Assembly (NCBI GenBank): GCA_037426365.1
Contig: JAXYTD010000052.1
Span: 15,291-79,290, forward strand
DNA length: 64,000 nt
DNA from: a bacterium
Lineage (GTDB): Bacteria > Pseudomonadota > Gammaproteobacteria > Enterobacterales > Succinivibrionaceae
Direction of reading: 5' to 3'
This document shows positions 34,439-45,171 of this stretch, piece by piece. Each line of letters opens with the position of its first letter. The first letter of the stretch is position 1. A program made the translations under genes and the position numbers. The notes beneath the pieces were generated by a model. It worked only from the letters and a program-made list of their open reading frames with translations, was not told where the DNA came from and did not search any database.

Positions 34439-35005
34439 TTGATGAATAACGACATACCTCATTTTGAAGGCTTTGATAGCGAACCAGATGAAATGAGCCG
34501 TAGCGCTCATAAACGTGAGGCTCAGGCTGTCAGAAAATTAGTAGAAGAAGTAGCCGGTTTGGGAGATCAAAGTTTTGCTAAATTGGTATTACCTTCTGAC
34601 GTACGTGAAGCCATAAGTGTGGCCAGAAAATTAAGGCCGCGAAGCGATGAAAAGAGGCGGCAGTTGCAGTATGCGGCTAAACTTATGCGTGATTATTCTG
34701 ATATTGATTTAAAAAAGCAGCTTTCATTATTGGGGGCTTCTTCCAAAGAAGATCCTGACGTCATGCGTTATGAAAAACTGCGCAGTGAGCTTATCAATAG
34801 CGGTGTAGAAACAATAAATACTTTATGTCAGCTGTGTAAAGAGCTTGATCGTAACAAATTACGCAATTTGGTAAAAAAAGCAAAAGAAGAAGCTTTAAAA
34901 GTTGAAAACGGTGAAGAAAAACCTGCAGCTCGTCAGCTATTTAAATTTTTAAAAACAGAAATCAAAAAAGCCGGGATCAAAGTCCCGGATACTTTAATTT
35001 CCTAG
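34439..35005 (+). CDS. yjgA: ribosome-associated protein YjgA (DUF615)
   Basis: Collinear with E. coli YjgA (KSEIKRDAEELKRLG type segment, RRRQLQ-like KRRQLQYAAKLMR, basic C-terminus). Confidence 0.8.
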   Translation: MMNNDIPHFEGFDSEPDEMSRSAHKREAQAVRKLVEEVAGLGDQSFAKLVLPSDVREAISVARKLRPRSDEKRRQLQYAAKLMRDYSDIDLKKQLSLLGASSKEDPDVMRYEKLRSELINSGVETINTLCQLCKELDRNKLRNLVKKAKEEALKVENGEEKPAARQLFKFLKTEIKKAGIKVPDTLIS

Positions 35006-36445
35006 TTAGGATTTGGTGCCTCCGACAGTTATTGAGTCAATCTTGAGAGTCGGAGTGCCGATACCGACAGGTACGCTCTGTCCGGCTTTTCCGCATACAC
35101 CTATTCCTTTATCAAAAGACAGATCGTTTCCTACCATGGAAACTTGCTTCATGGTTTCGGGACCATTGCCTATCAATGTAGCGCCTTTGATTGGGGCGGT
35201 AATTTTACCGTGTTCGATAAGGTAAGCCTCGGAGGTGGAGAATACGAATTTTCCTGAGGTAATATCTACCTGTCCGCCTTTGAAATTGACCGCATAAATT
35301 CCTTTGTCCACTCCTTCGATAATTTCATTTTTATCATAGTCTCCGGGTAACATGAAGGTGTTAGTCATGCGGGGAATTGGCAAACAGTTATAGCTTTCAC
35401 GTCTGCCGTTGCCTGTTGGTTGTGTTTTCATAAGCATGGCATTTTGTCGATCCTGCATGTACCCTTTGAGGATCCCTTTTTCAATTAATACATTACGCTG
35501 CGTATTATTACCTTCATCGTCGATAGATTGTGATCCTCTGCGTTCTGCCATAGTTCCATCGTCTACGATTGTGCAAGCTTTTGAAGCAACCTGAGTGCCT
35601 ATTTTTCCTGTGAAGTTTGAACTGCCGGTACGATTGAAATCTCCCTCGAGTCCGTGACCGACAGCTTCATGGATTAATACTCCGGGCCATCCTGAACCTA
35701 AAACTACGGTCATATTGCCGGCAGGGGCCGGTATTGCTTCAAGATTTAATGCAGCTACTCGAACTGCCTCACGGGCAATGTTTGCCAAATCTTCTTCTTT
35801 GGTGATGCGATCTAGCATAAAAGCTCCGCCGGCAGCCCCGAAACCTTGCTCACGATTGCCTTTTTGTTCAAGAGTTACACTGGCAGATAGCGAAACAATC
35901 GGTTTTATATCACAGGATATTCTGCCATCGCTGTCGGCGATTAAGATTACCCTGTATGTGCTGGATAATGCGGCAATAAATTGCTTGACTCTTGGATCTG
36001 CCGCTCTTGCAAGAGCATCTATACGTTCCAATGCTTTGATCTTTTGTTCTCTGGGTATACTGAGAATAGGATCATTTGCATCATACAGAGGTTTTGTTTT
36101 GATGTTATTTAAAGAAATTCTTCTTGGGTTAACGCTCTCTTGAGAAATGGAGCGGGCTGCAAGACAGGCTTCCTTTAAAGAAGCGGCATCCAGTACGTCA
36201 CTGTATGAAAATCCTGTTTTGCCTCCCAACACGGTTCTTACGCCGACACCTTGAGAAATATCGAAGGATCCGCCTTTAATAATTCCTTCTTCCAAGAAAA
36301 AACTTTCAGAAGAGACCCGTTCGAAGAACAAATCTCCGAAGTCCATTTTTCGTTCATGCAAAAGAGCCAGAGAAGATTCTATTATCTTACTGTCAATATC
36401 TGAATTTTTGAACAGAATGTTTTTTGTCTGTTCTTGAATATTCAT
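35006..36445 (-). CDS. tldD: metalloprotease TldD
   Basis: 479 aa, HEAVGHGLE metal-binding motif, PmbA/TldD fold pattern. Confidence 0.95.
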   Translation of the reverse strand: MNIQEQTKNILFKNSDIDSKIIESSLALLHERKMDFGDLFFERVSSESFFLEEGIIKGGSFDISQGVGVRTVLGGKTGFSYSDVLDAASLKEACLAARSISQESVNPRRISLNNIKTKPLYDANDPILSIPREQKIKALERIDALARAADPRVKQFIAALSSTYRVILIADSDGRISCDIKPIVSLSASVTLEQKGNREQGFGAAGGAFMLDRITKEEDLANIAREAVRVAALNLEAIPAPAGNMTVVLGSGWPGVLIHEAVGHGLEGDFNRTGSSNFTGKIGTQVASKACTIVDDGTMAERRGSQSIDDEGNNTQRNVLIEKGILKGYMQDRQNAMLMKTQPTGNGRRESYNCLPIPRMTNTFMLPGDYDKNEIIEGVDKGIYAVNFKGGQVDITSGKFVFSTSEAYLIEHGKITAPIKGATLIGNGPETMKQVSMVGNDLSFDKGIGVCGKAGQSVPVGIGTPTLKIDSITVGGTKS

Positions 36446-37038
36446 TGTCTTTCTCCGTTGAAAATTCCGATCTCTTGAGAGAGTAGTAATTCTGAAGTTT
36501 CGTAAAGAGGCAATCCTATCACCGAACTTGCTGATCCATTGATCGAGCGTATGAGAAAAGCGCCTTTCCCCTGGATGGCATAAGCCCCTGCTTTATCCAA
36601 TACTTCTTCGCTGTCAGCGTAAGCTTTTAAAATTTGTTCTTTAAAATTACCGAACGTTACCTGAGTTTGTATACATTTTTGTTTGATATCGTTACGAAGT
36701 AATACACATATTCCGGTACATACTTCATGGGTACGATTGTTTAACAATTTCAGAAATTCAAAAGCTTCGTTGTGATCACGCGGTTTCCCCAAGATCCTTC
36801 CTGCATACGTTACTATGGTATCTGCGGATAAAATGGTAGCATCCGGATAATTTTTTTGTACTGCAAGAGCTTTTTCCAGTGAAAGTCTTAAAACCAAACT
36901 CTTGGGATCTTCATTTGGATGAATGCTCTCATCTGTATTTGGTATTGCTATTTGAAAATCATTTGTAAGTCTTGAAAGCAGTTCACGACGACGGGGAGAG
37001 CCTGAGGCCAGGATTAAATTATTTTTTTTCCGGATCAT
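36442..37038 (-). CDS. maf: Maf-like nucleoside triphosphate pyrophosphatase (YhdE type)
   Basis: LILASGSPRRRELL N-terminus, GAYAIQG motif, downstream of mreD as in E. coli. Confidence 0.92.
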   Translation of the reverse strand: MIRKKNNLILASGSPRRRELLSRLTNDFQIAIPNTDESIHPNEDPKSLVLRLSLEKALAVQKNYPDATILSADTIVTYAGRILGKPRDHNEAFEFLKLLNNRTHEVCTGICVLLRNDIKQKCIQTQVTFGNFKEQILKAYADSEEVLDKAGAYAIQGKGAFLIRSINGSASSVIGLPLYETSELLLSQEIGIFNGERQ

Positions 37039-37537
37039 TGGAGATTGTGCCGCTTATATTTGATACAAAAAAATTGAACAGCGGGCATAGCGGTAACCAT
37101 AGCAATCCCATCAGTAAAGAGGGCATAAGAAAGTTGGTTTCGTAATTAGTTTGCATGATCACATGTGCTAACCAATATCCGCCTATTCTTACTATTAGAG
37201 AACAAAGACTTATGGTAAGAGCTTGCTGCCACAGTTTATATTTTGAAAAAGCAGAAAATTGTGATGATATCAGGTATACCTGAGCGCATAGCGTAAGAGC
37301 ATTGATACCAAGAGGGGCGCCAATTAAAAGGTCGATGACAAAACCTGTCAACCAAGCAAGCTCAAGACAGATGTTTGAGCCTACTATCGTTGCGAAGAAA
37401 ATCATTACTATAGCCGCAAAATCGGGACGATTTTCGTCTATAAATGGTGGCAATGAAGCTATTTGCAAGATCACCGCTACCAATAAAAAGGGGAGCAGTA
37501 ACAACAAAGGAGAATGTGTTTCTTTGTTTTTACTCAT
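37019..37537 (-). CDS. mreD: rod shape-determining protein MreD
   Basis: 172-aa polytopic membrane protein following mreC. Confidence 0.85.
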   Translation of the reverse strand: MSKNKETHSPLLLLLPFLLVAVILQIASLPPFIDENRPDFAAIVMIFFATIVGSNICLELAWLTGFVIDLLIGAPLGINALTLCAQVYLISSQFSAFSKYKLWQQALTISLCSLIVRIGGYWLAHVIMQTNYETNFLMPSLLMGLLWLPLCPLFNFFVSNISGTISNDPEKK

Positions 37538-38513
37538 CTTTCACCTTTTCCTGTTCTGAATGTTCTGTTTGGATGTGAGCTTCTTCCGTAGACATGGATT
37601 CTATTAATTTTTTGATACGATCTCGCCTTAATACTATTTTCCCGTCAGTTGCTTCTTTTGGTGTACCCAATCCTACTTCGTCGTCACCGTTTCCGTGATA
37701 CCACAACAACAGAACATAGCGCATTGTAGTTGAGTCAACAGCAGGTTTGGCTTTAATAAAAGCAAAAGGTTGGGATTCTGAAAAACCAACCGATGTTACT
37801 GTAGCAACTGGGTATCCTTCCGGGAAAACTCCGCCTAATCCAGATGTTACTAAAGTGTCGCCGACTTTGAAATCAGTACTGCGGGGGACATTGTTGATCA
37901 ACAGTTCATCATTGCCGTTATCTCCTGCAGCTATTGCCCTTACCTGATTTCTTGTGTTTATTACCGGTACAGCACTCAGATTGTCAGTTAGCAATAACAC
38001 CCTTGAGAAGGCATAATTTACGGATATAACCTGACCTACTAATCCTGTATCAGTCATGACCGGCATCCCTACGTATACACCTGAGCCGGTACCGCGATTA
38101 ATAACGACACGACGTTGGTAAAGATCTGCTGCAACATCCACCACTTCAGCAAAAAGGCGCTTGGAAGTCTTCCTAACGGGAGAATTGAGCATGCGCCGCA
38201 TAGCTTCATTTTCGGATTCCAATGATTTTAAGCGAAGAATATCAGCTCTTTGCATGAAGTTTTCTGCTGACAATCTTTCGTTTTCTTTAATCAGCTCGCT
38301 GCTACTTTGCAGATGACTTGAAACCATTTTTGATACTTTATGCGGAGAATCGGCTAATGCCAAGATTGGATACAGCGCGGTCTCCAGATAGTATCTGGCA
38401 TTACTCAGTGTCTTTGAACTCATATCCACGGCGATTAAAGCTACGGATATTAATACCAATACTAAAAAGCGTATATGGATCAGTAAATCTTTGAGTTCTA
38501 ATCTTTTGATCAA
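37530..38513 (-). CDS. mreC: rod shape-determining protein MreC
   Basis: N-terminal TM helix, coiled coil (ENERLSAEN), beta domains (GLVGQV, TSGLGGVFPEGYPV). Confidence 0.93.
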   Translation of the reverse strand: MIKRLELKDLLIHIRFLVLVLISVALIAVDMSSKTLSNARYYLETALYPILALADSPHKVSKMVSSHLQSSSELIKENERLSAENFMQRADILRLKSLESENEAMRRMLNSPVRKTSKRLFAEVVDVAADLYQRRVVINRGTGSGVYVGMPVMTDTGLVGQVISVNYAFSRVLLLTDNLSAVPVINTRNQVRAIAAGDNGNDELLINNVPRSTDFKVGDTLVTSGLGGVFPEGYPVATVTSVGFSESQPFAFIKAKPAVDSTTMRYVLLLWYHGNGDDEVGLGTPKEATDGKIVLRRDRIKKLIESMSTEEAHIQTEHSEQEKVKDE

Positions 38514-38553
38514 ATCAGGGTCCGAGGAAAATGCTGTAAAAGCTGTGAAACAG

Positions 38554-38579
38554 CAGGGATCCTGTGGAGAGGATCCCTG
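38554..38579 (-). promoter_or_regulatory. stable hairpin in the mreB-mreC spacer (possible attenuator)
   Basis: CAGGGATCC-N8-GGATCCCTG, 9-bp perfect stem. Only a weak T tract follows. Confidence 0.4.
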
Positions 38580-38595
38580 TTCTATTGATTAATAT

Positions 38596-39645
38596 TCAGT
38601 CAAAAATTTCGCTGTCTTGAGCGTCGTACATTTCTAATGCTTTTCCGCCGCCGCGAGCTACGCAAGTTAGAGGATCGTCTGCAATAAGAACCGGAATTCC
38701 GGTTTCTTCACGCAATAATTTATCAAGGTTGTGCAACAAAGCACCGCCGCCTGATAATACCATTCCGTGCTCATATATATCTGCAGCCAATTCAGGAGGA
38801 GATTTTTCCAGAGCAGTACGCACTGCGTTGACTATACCCTTAATAGGATCGGACAGAGCTTCAAGAATTTCGTTGGAATTAAGAGTGAAAGAGCGAGGAA
38901 CACCTTCGACTACAGAGCGACCTCTTACAACTTCTTCGTGCATTTCTTGCTCGGCATAGGCCGAACCTATTTCCATCTTGACTTTCTCTGCTGTGGCTTC
39001 ACCTATTTCGTAACGTTTGGTATTGCGCACATAATCGATGATAGCCTGATCAAAACGATTTCCACCTATACGTACTGAACTTGAATAGACTACGCCGTTT
39101 AATGAAATGACGGCAACTTCAGTTGTACCGCCGCCGATATCAACAATCATGGAGCCTGTTGCTTCGGAGACAGGCAAACCGGCACCTATGGCTGCGGCCA
39201 TGGGTTCTGTGATGAGAAAAACTTCACTGGCACCGGCGCCTTCAACCGATTCACGTATAGCGCGTCTTTCTACCTGGGTAGCACCGCAAGGAACACAAAC
39301 CAACACACGTGGTGACGGTTTGAACGGGAAGAAATGAGATCCGGTCAAAACTTTATCTATGAAGTATTGCAACATCTTTTCGGTATATTGAAAATCTGCA
39401 ATTACACCGTCTTTCATCGGACGTATAACTTCAATATTGTCAGGATTTCTTCCCAGCATTTCTTTGGCTGCCCTGCCTACAGCGCCTACTTTTCGCTGAG
39501 CACCGCCGTTGCTGTCTATTTTGACGGCAACCACAGACGGTTCATTAAGAACAATGCCTTTGTTTTTTACGTAAACCAGGGTGTTGGCAGTTCCCAGATC
39601 TATTGAAAGATCATTTGAAAACATGCTGCGTATTTTTTTGAACAT
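38596..39645 (-). CDS. mreB: rod shape-determining actin homologue MreB
   Basis: [26 protein letters not shown], 349 aa. Confidence 0.98.
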   Translation of the reverse strand: MFKKIRSMFSNDLSIDLGTANTLVYVKNKGIVLNEPSVVAVKIDSNGGAQRKVGAVGRAAKEMLGRNPDNIEVIRPMKDGVIADFQYTEKMLQYFIDKVLTGSHFFPFKPSPRVLVCVPCGATQVERRAIRESVEGAGASEVFLITEPMAAAIGAGLPVSEATGSMIVDIGGGTTEVAVISLNGVVYSSSVRIGGNRFDQAIIDYVRNTKRYEIGEATAEKVKMEIGSAYAEQEMHEEVVRGRSVVEGVPRSFTLNSNEILEALSDPIKGIVNAVRTALEKSPPELAADIYEHGMVLSGGGALLHNLDKLLREETGIPVLIADDPLTCVARGGGKALEMYDAQDSEIFD

Positions 39646-39750
39646 TTGAGTCGGAGCCTACAGGTGCGACACGGTTTTTACGCGTCTGAAACAAGAGAAA
39701 TTTTTAGACGAGAGTATAACACACAAGGTGGGTAGCTATACGTTAAGAGA

Positions 39751-39823
39751 CATGTCCGTAATGCTTAAAACGGACATGCTTAAGATATGAGAATTCTCCT
39801 TTATCTTGTAACAATAAAGGAGA
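39751..39823 (-). terminator. two consecutive hairpins downstream of ssb (candidate terminators, no clear T-runs)
   Basis: TCTCCTTTAT-N9-ATAAAGGAGA (39795..39823) and CATGTCCGT-N10-ACGGACATG (39751..39778). Confidence 0.4.
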
Positions 39824-39838
39824 TAAAAACATGTCAAA

Positions 39839-40468
39839 TCAGAACGGGATATCGTCGTTCATTGTCATGGCTGGTTCCTCTGGTTCTGCTACAGGGGTAG
39901 TAGCCTGAGGCTGAGCAACAGGCGGTTGTTGCCCGTAAGCAGAATTTTGATGGTGAGCATAACCAGAATTGTCGTAAGCGGATCTTTGATTCCCTTTTTG
40001 AAATTGATTGCCGCTTCCTCCGTAAGGTTGTGCGTTACCGTAAGTTCCGGAGGATGAACCGTAAGCAGACTGATTTTGCTGACTGCCGTATGATTGTCCG
40101 TAGTTGTTTGATGAGGCATTAGCGTTTGCCGGAGCACGTCCCAACATCTGCATTTCATCAGCTACGATTTCTGTTATATAACGTTTTTGGTTGTCTTTGT
40201 CCTGATAGGAACGGGTACGGAGTTTGCCTTCTATATAAATTTGTGATCCTTTATGCAGGTATTGTTTGGCAATGTCGGCCAGTTTTCCCCACATGGTGAC
40301 GCGATGCCATTCGGCAAATTCGGTATACTCGCCGGTTTCTGCGTTACGACGGGATTCATTAGTGACCATGGAAATGGAAGCAACGGAACGACCTGTATTG
40401 GTTGTTCTGACTGTAGGTTCGTCACCCAAATTACCGATTAGTATTACTTTATTTACGCCACGGGCCAT
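39839..40468 (-). CDS. ssb: single-stranded DNA-binding protein
   Basis: MARGVNKVILIGNLG OB-fold N-terminus, long G/Q/S/Y/N-rich linker, acidic tip DDIPF. Confidence 0.97.
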   Translation of the reverse strand: MARGVNKVILIGNLGDEPTVRTTNTGRSVASISMVTNESRRNAETGEYTEFAEWHRVTMWGKLADIAKQYLHKGSQIYIEGKLRTRSYQDKDNQKRYITEIVADEMQMLGRAPANANASSNNYGQSYGSQQNQSAYGSSSGTYGNAQPYGGSGNQFQKGNQRSAYDNSGYAHHQNSAYGQQPPVAQPQATTPVAEPEEPAMTMNDDIPF

Positions 40469-40743
40469 ATGTGATTATCCTGTTCTAAAAATGCTATCTT
40501 TAAATTTTAGCTTACCCTAAAAACTCGGATCCGGCACACGATATACGGTTTTAAAAAAAGAGATTTCGGGAGCTTCGGTGGTTAAAGTTTTAGGTGGCAA
40601 TATCCTAGCAGGTATAGCATGGAAAGAAAGTATCTTCAGGCGGGATCCGCCTGATAGTGAAAATGTGTCATGTCAATGACATACTATGAAGCTAGTTTTT
40701 CATTTAAGTAATAATCTGATTTGTAAAAATTTGCGATTTAAAA

Positions 40744-43578
40744 ATGGACAAGATAACCATTCGCGGTGCTAGAACTCATAATCTTAAAAATATTAACTTG
40801 ACTTTGCCGCGTAACCGCTTGGTGGTGATCACTGGCCTTTCCGGATCTGGAAAGTCTTCACTTGCTTTTGATACTTTATATGCTGAAGGGCAGCGTCGTT
40901 ACGTTGAATCTTTGTCATCATATGCAAGACAATTTCTTTCTTTATCTGATAAACCTGATGTTGATTCCATAGAAGGACTGTCCCCAGCCATTTCCATAGA
41001 GCAGAAATCAACATCACATAATCCGCGTTCTACGGTAGGTACCATTACCGAAATTTATGATTATTTACGTTTGATGTGGGCCAGAGTCGGTGAAGCCCGT
41101 TGTCCGAAACACGGAACAATACTGAGAGCTCAGACTGTAACTGAAATAACCGATACGATTATGGCTTTGCCTGAAGGAGCAAAGTATATGATCCTTTCTC
41201 CGGTGGTACGGGGGCGTAAAGGAGAATATCGTCAACTGCTTGCTGATTTGGCCAAAGACGGATTTATAAGAGCAAGAATTGACGGAGAAATTTGTGATCT
41301 TGCGGATCCTCCTGAGCTTGGATTGAGGATCAAACATACCATCGAAATTGTCGTGGATCGTTTAAAGATCAGACAGGATATTCGTCAGCGTGTAGCTGAT
41401 TCTGTAGAAACAGCACTGAAATATGCCGACGGATTGTGTTGTGCAGTTCCCATGGATAAGCATAAACAAGAAGACGAACTTCTTTTTTCGTCAAAATATT
41501 CATGTCCAGAATGCGGTTATTCAATTCCGGAATTGGAGCCTCGAGATTTTTCATTCAACAATCCGCATGGAGCCTGTCCTAAATGTGACGGACTTGGTCA
41601 AATGATGGTGTTTGATGAGCACAAGATTGTGCCGGATGAATCAAAATCGATTTATGACGGAGCAATTGCTGGGTGGGATAGACGTTATGCGTTCTTTTTT
41701 CGGTACTTGGAGCAGGTGGCAAATCATTACAACATAGATATGCACAAACCTTTTTCCAAGCTTACCAAGAAAGAGAAAGAATTATTCCTTTATGGTACCG
41801 GTGAACCCATTCCAATGGAATTTCGTACTCACAGTAAAGTTGAGAAACGATTTGAAGCATTTGAAGGCGTGATCCCTAATTATGAGCGCAGATTACATGA
41901 GACAGAATCTGAATATGTCCGTGAATATATATCAACCCTGATGACTCCGCTTAAATGTCCAGAGTGCGGGGGAGCCAGACTGAAAGAAGAATACCGCCAT
42001 GTTTTTGTCGGGAACAAAAACATAGGAGAGGTTTGTGACATGTCGATTAAAGAGTGCTACGCATTCTTTGACGGATTGAAGCTTGAAGAGCAACAGAACG
42101 CCATTGCCAGCAGGGTGCTTAAGGAGATAAAAAATCGTCTTTCATTTTTAATAAACGTAGGTCTTGATTATCTTACTTTATCTCGTTCAGCAGAAACCCT
42201 ATCAGGAGGAGAGGCGCAACGTATCAGACTTGCCAGTCAGATAGGCGCCGGTCTTACCGGTGTTATGTATACATTGGACGAGCCGTCAATAGGTTTGCAT
42301 CAACGTGACAATAACCGTTTAATCGATGCTTTGAAACATTTGCGTGATTTAGGTAACAGTGTAATCGTGGTAGAACACGATGAAGATACTATGCGCGCTG
42401 CAGATTGTATTGTGGACATAGGTCCTGGTGCCGGCGTACACGGCGGAACAGTCGTAGCCCAAGGAAGTGTCGAAGATCTTGAAAATAACCCCGCTTCACT
42501 TACAGGTGATTATTTAGCAGGACGTAAACGTATAGATATACCTGCTAAAAGGATCAAACCGCAAAAAGGTAAAAAAGTTGTATTGTCTGGTTGTTCCGGC
42601 AATAATCTCAAAGATATCACTGTTGAATTTCCCGTGGGGTGTTTTATTGCAGTAACAGGGGTTTCTGGTTCAGGAAAGTCAACCTTGGTGAACGATACTT
42701 TGGTAAGAAATGCCGAACGAATCCTGAACGGAGTTACAGCAAATGATGAACCTGCTCCTTGTAAGAAAATTGAAGGCTTGGAGAATTTTGACAAGATCAT
42801 CTGTATTGATCAAAGTCCTATAGGAAGAACTCCCCGTTCAAACCCTGCTACTTATGTCGGATTATTTACCGAGATCCGCAGTTTGTTCGCACAGGTCCCT
42901 GAAGCCAGAGCCAGAGGTTATGGTCCTGGACGTTTTTCATTTAATGTAAAGGGAGGTCGTTGCGAATCTTGTCAGGGTGATGGAACCATCAGAGTATCAA
43001 TGAATTTTATGGCTGATGTGTTTGTAAAATGCGAAGCTTGCGGTGGAGCACGTTATAACCGTGAAACATTGGAAATCAAATATAAAGGCAAAAATATTTC
43101 TGAAGTTCTGAATATGAATGTTGAAGAGGCATTGTCTTTTTTTGAAGCCGTGCCTTCAATTGCCAATAAACTGCGAACTTTAAACGAAGTCGGTTTGTCT
43201 TATATTACTTTGGGTCAAGCCGCTACCACTTTTTCAGGCGGTGAGGCGCAGCGCATCAAACTTTCCAAAGAACTTTCAAAAAGATCCACAGGCAGAACTT
43301 TATATGTTTTGGATGAACCTACTACCGGTTTGCATTTTGACGACGTGCGTCAATTATTGGCAGTATTGATGAGACTTAGAGATCAAGGCAATACAGTAGT
43401 AGTGATTGAACATAACCTTGATGTTATTAAATGTGCCGATCACATAATAGATCTGGGTCCTGAAGGCGGAAGTGGCGGCGGTATTGTAATTGCTTGCGGT
43501 ACTCCGGAGGACATTGCTTCGCGGACGGATTCTTATACAGGACAATTTTTAAAACCTATTCTTGAACGCGGATACTAG
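40744..43578 (+). CDS. uvrA: excinuclease ABC subunit A
   Basis: 944 aa, two ABC modules ([25 protein letters not shown]), zinc modules. Divergent from ssb as in E. coli. Confidence 0.98.
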   Translation: MDKITIRGARTHNLKNINLTLPRNRLVVITGLSGSGKSSLAFDTLYAEGQRRYVESLSSYARQFLSLSDKPDVDSIEGLSPAISIEQKSTSHNPRSTVGTITEIYDYLRLMWARVGEARCPKHGTILRAQTVTEITDTIMALPEGAKYMILSPVVRGRKGEYRQLLADLAKDGFIRARIDGEICDLADPPELGLRIKHTIEIVVDRLKIRQDIRQRVADSVETALKYADGLCCAVPMDKHKQEDELLFSSKYSCPECGYSIPELEPRDFSFNNPHGACPKCDGLGQMMVFDEHKIVPDESKSIYDGAIAGWDRRYAFFFRYLEQVANHYNIDMHKPFSKLTKKEKELFLYGTGEPIPMEFRTHSKVEKRFEAFEGVIPNYERRLHETESEYVREYISTLMTPLKCPECGGARLKEEYRHVFVGNKNIGEVCDMSIKECYAFFDGLKLEEQQNAIASRVLKEIKNRLSFLINVGLDYLTLSRSAETLSGGEAQRIRLASQIGAGLTGVMYTLDEPSIGLHQRDNNRLIDALKHLRDLGNSVIVVEHDEDTMRAADCIVDIGPGAGVHGGTVVAQGSVEDLENNPASLTGDYLAGRKRIDIPAKRIKPQKGKKVVLSGCSGNNLKDITVEFPVGCFIAVTGVSGSGKSTLVNDTLVRNAERILNGVTANDEPAPCKKIEGLENFDKIICIDQSPIGRTPRSNPATYVGLFTEIRSLFAQVPEARARGYGPGRFSFNVKGGRCESCQGDGTIRVSMNFMADVFVKCEACGGARYNRETLEIKYKGKNISEVLNMNVEEALSFFEAVPSIANKLRTLNEVGLSYITLGQAATTFSGGEAQRIKLSKELSKRSTGRTLYVLDEPTTGLHFDDVRQLLAVLMRLRDQGNTVVVIEHNLDVIKCADHIIDLGPEGGSGGGIVIACGTPEDIASRTDSYTGQFLKPILERGY

Positions 43579-43588
43579 GAGAACATTT

Positions 43589-43978
43589 ATGTACGAACTT
43601 ACCGACAAGGAACACGAAGCCGTATTGCAGTTAAATGCTGAATATCGCAAATCTTACTTTGTAAACAAAGTTATGGAACAAGGCGGATTCTATATCATCA
43701 GCGATCAGGACGGACCTTTTATGCTTGAGGATTTGGAAACCGACGAGCAGGATGAGAAGGCTACCGTATTACCGGTATTTGCACATGAAATCTTTGCCAA
43801 TGACTTTATCGAACGGTCAAAACTTGAAGGAGCTAGAGCTCAGTACGTTACTGTTGATGCTTACAACCGCATTTGGGTTGAAACTCTGAAAAACAGTGAA
43901 GTTTTGGTGGCTTTTATGCCGGTAGGTGAGGGGGATTTTGAGATATCGGTTCCGGAACCTTTTGTTGGAGGGAAATAA
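43589..43978 (+). CDS. small cytoplasmic protein of unknown function (DUF2750-like)
   Basis: AGGAG lies 7 nt upstream of the ATG at 43589, 129 aa. The family assignment is from memory of DUF2750 proteins and is tentative. Confidence 0.5.
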   Translation: MYELTDKEHEAVLQLNAEYRKSYFVNKVMEQGGFYIISDQDGPFMLEDLETDEQDEKATVLPVFAHEIFANDFIERSKLEGARAQYVTVDAYNRIWVETLKNSEVLVAFMPVGEGDFEISVPEPFVGGK

Positions 43979-43990
43979 GGTCTGATCAAA

Positions 43991-44010
43991 AGCCGCCGTT
44001 CACGGCGGCT
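43991..44010. terminator. terminator hairpin between the DUF2750-like gene and the transporter gene
   Basis: AGCCGCCG-TTCA-CGGCGGCT. The T-run is on the minus strand, so it serves the 44018..45046 gene best. Confidence 0.75.
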
Positions 44011-44017
44011 TAACCTG

Positions 44018-45046
44018 CTATTCCTGATATGGTGGGATTTCCAAATCTTTGCAACGAGCTACCAATTTTTCGCGGTGGGCCAATTGCCATGAATTCATGA
44101 CATTCTGCCAAAGAATATAGCATCCAGGAGCAATAACTGCTGCCGGATCAAGAAACGACAAAGCTACCCAAAGTCCGAAAACACCGTTACGCTGACCAAA
44201 AGCTTGTCCTGCGCTAATGCGTTGATGGTGTAGGTTACCTACTAATTTGCCTATTGCAAAGTGAGCAAATGTGGTTACGAATCCAATTGCGGCCATAGAC
44301 CATAGGGTGACAGCATTTTCGGGAGAATTGACTATGCAGGAAAATGTTCTTGCAGAAACAGTGCATAGACATACGGCCCAAATATAGTAAGAAATTCCGC
44401 GAAGTTTATTTACAATAAAACGATGTAAAGGTTTTATGAAGAGTTTGGTAGCAAAGGCCAGAAGTAGCGGCAATACGATCACGGGAAAAATTCTTCCTGC
44501 GATTAACATAAACTCTTCAAAGAAACCGCCAGAAAGTTTTGAAGTAAATAAAGGAAAAAATAATGGTATAGCTACAGCACACAGTAAGTTTCCTATCAAA
44601 ATACCTGTAACTACCGATGCCTCGTTTCCGCCTAACTTTCCTGCTATCACGCCTGCGGCAGCAGCTGGCGGCATGATCACACACATTATTGCACCCTGAA
44701 TAAGAGCGCGATGCGGAGAATTTACATGATAAGCCAGATAGAAAGACAAAACTGCTGTTGTAATCAGCATTAACAGGTTGATTACAATATGCCATTGTCT
44801 GGGGCGCATATCTTTCAAGTTAACTTTGCAAAAGGAAAAATATAGCATGGAAAAGATCAATAGCGGTAAAAGATCGTTTCCAAAGAAATAAGCTATTGGT
44901 TTTAACGGTTTTAATGCATCGACAAAATGAAATAAAGAAAAAATTGTTCCGCCGGTACCTATGGCGAAAAAAAGCAGATAAGTCCGAACAAAGCGTCCGA
45001 TTTTAACAGACGCCGAAAACTGATTATTATTGTTCTGAGCTGTCAT
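44018..45046 (-). CDS. membrane transporter, bile acid:sodium symporter (BASS/SBF)-like
   Basis: About 10 predicted TM helices. The segment MPPAAAAGVIAGKLGGNEASVV resembles the BASS family core. Confidence 0.55.
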   Translation of the reverse strand: MTAQNNNNQFSASVKIGRFVRTYLLFFAIGTGGTIFSLFHFVDALKPLKPIAYFFGNDLLPLLIFSMLYFSFCKVNLKDMRPRQWHIVINLLMLITTAVLSFYLAYHVNSPHRALIQGAIMCVIMPPAAAAGVIAGKLGGNEASVVTGILIGNLLCAVAIPLFFPLFTSKLSGGFFEEFMLIAGRIFPVIVLPLLLAFATKLFIKPLHRFIVNKLRGISYYIWAVCLCTVSARTFSCIVNSPENAVTLWSMAAIGFVTTFAHFAIGKLVGNLHHQRISAGQAFGQRNGVFGLWVALSFLDPAAVIAPGCYILWQNVMNSWQLAHREKLVARCKDLEIPPYQE

Positions 45047-45171
45047 AATTCAGATAACACTTAATAAAAAATTTAGAATAATTTTCAGCTTTTATTAAGA
45101 ATTACATATAAGCTGAACATAAGAAATTTTACTGCTTTTTCAAAGTACTTTTTTAGTTGAAAGAAAATTAA

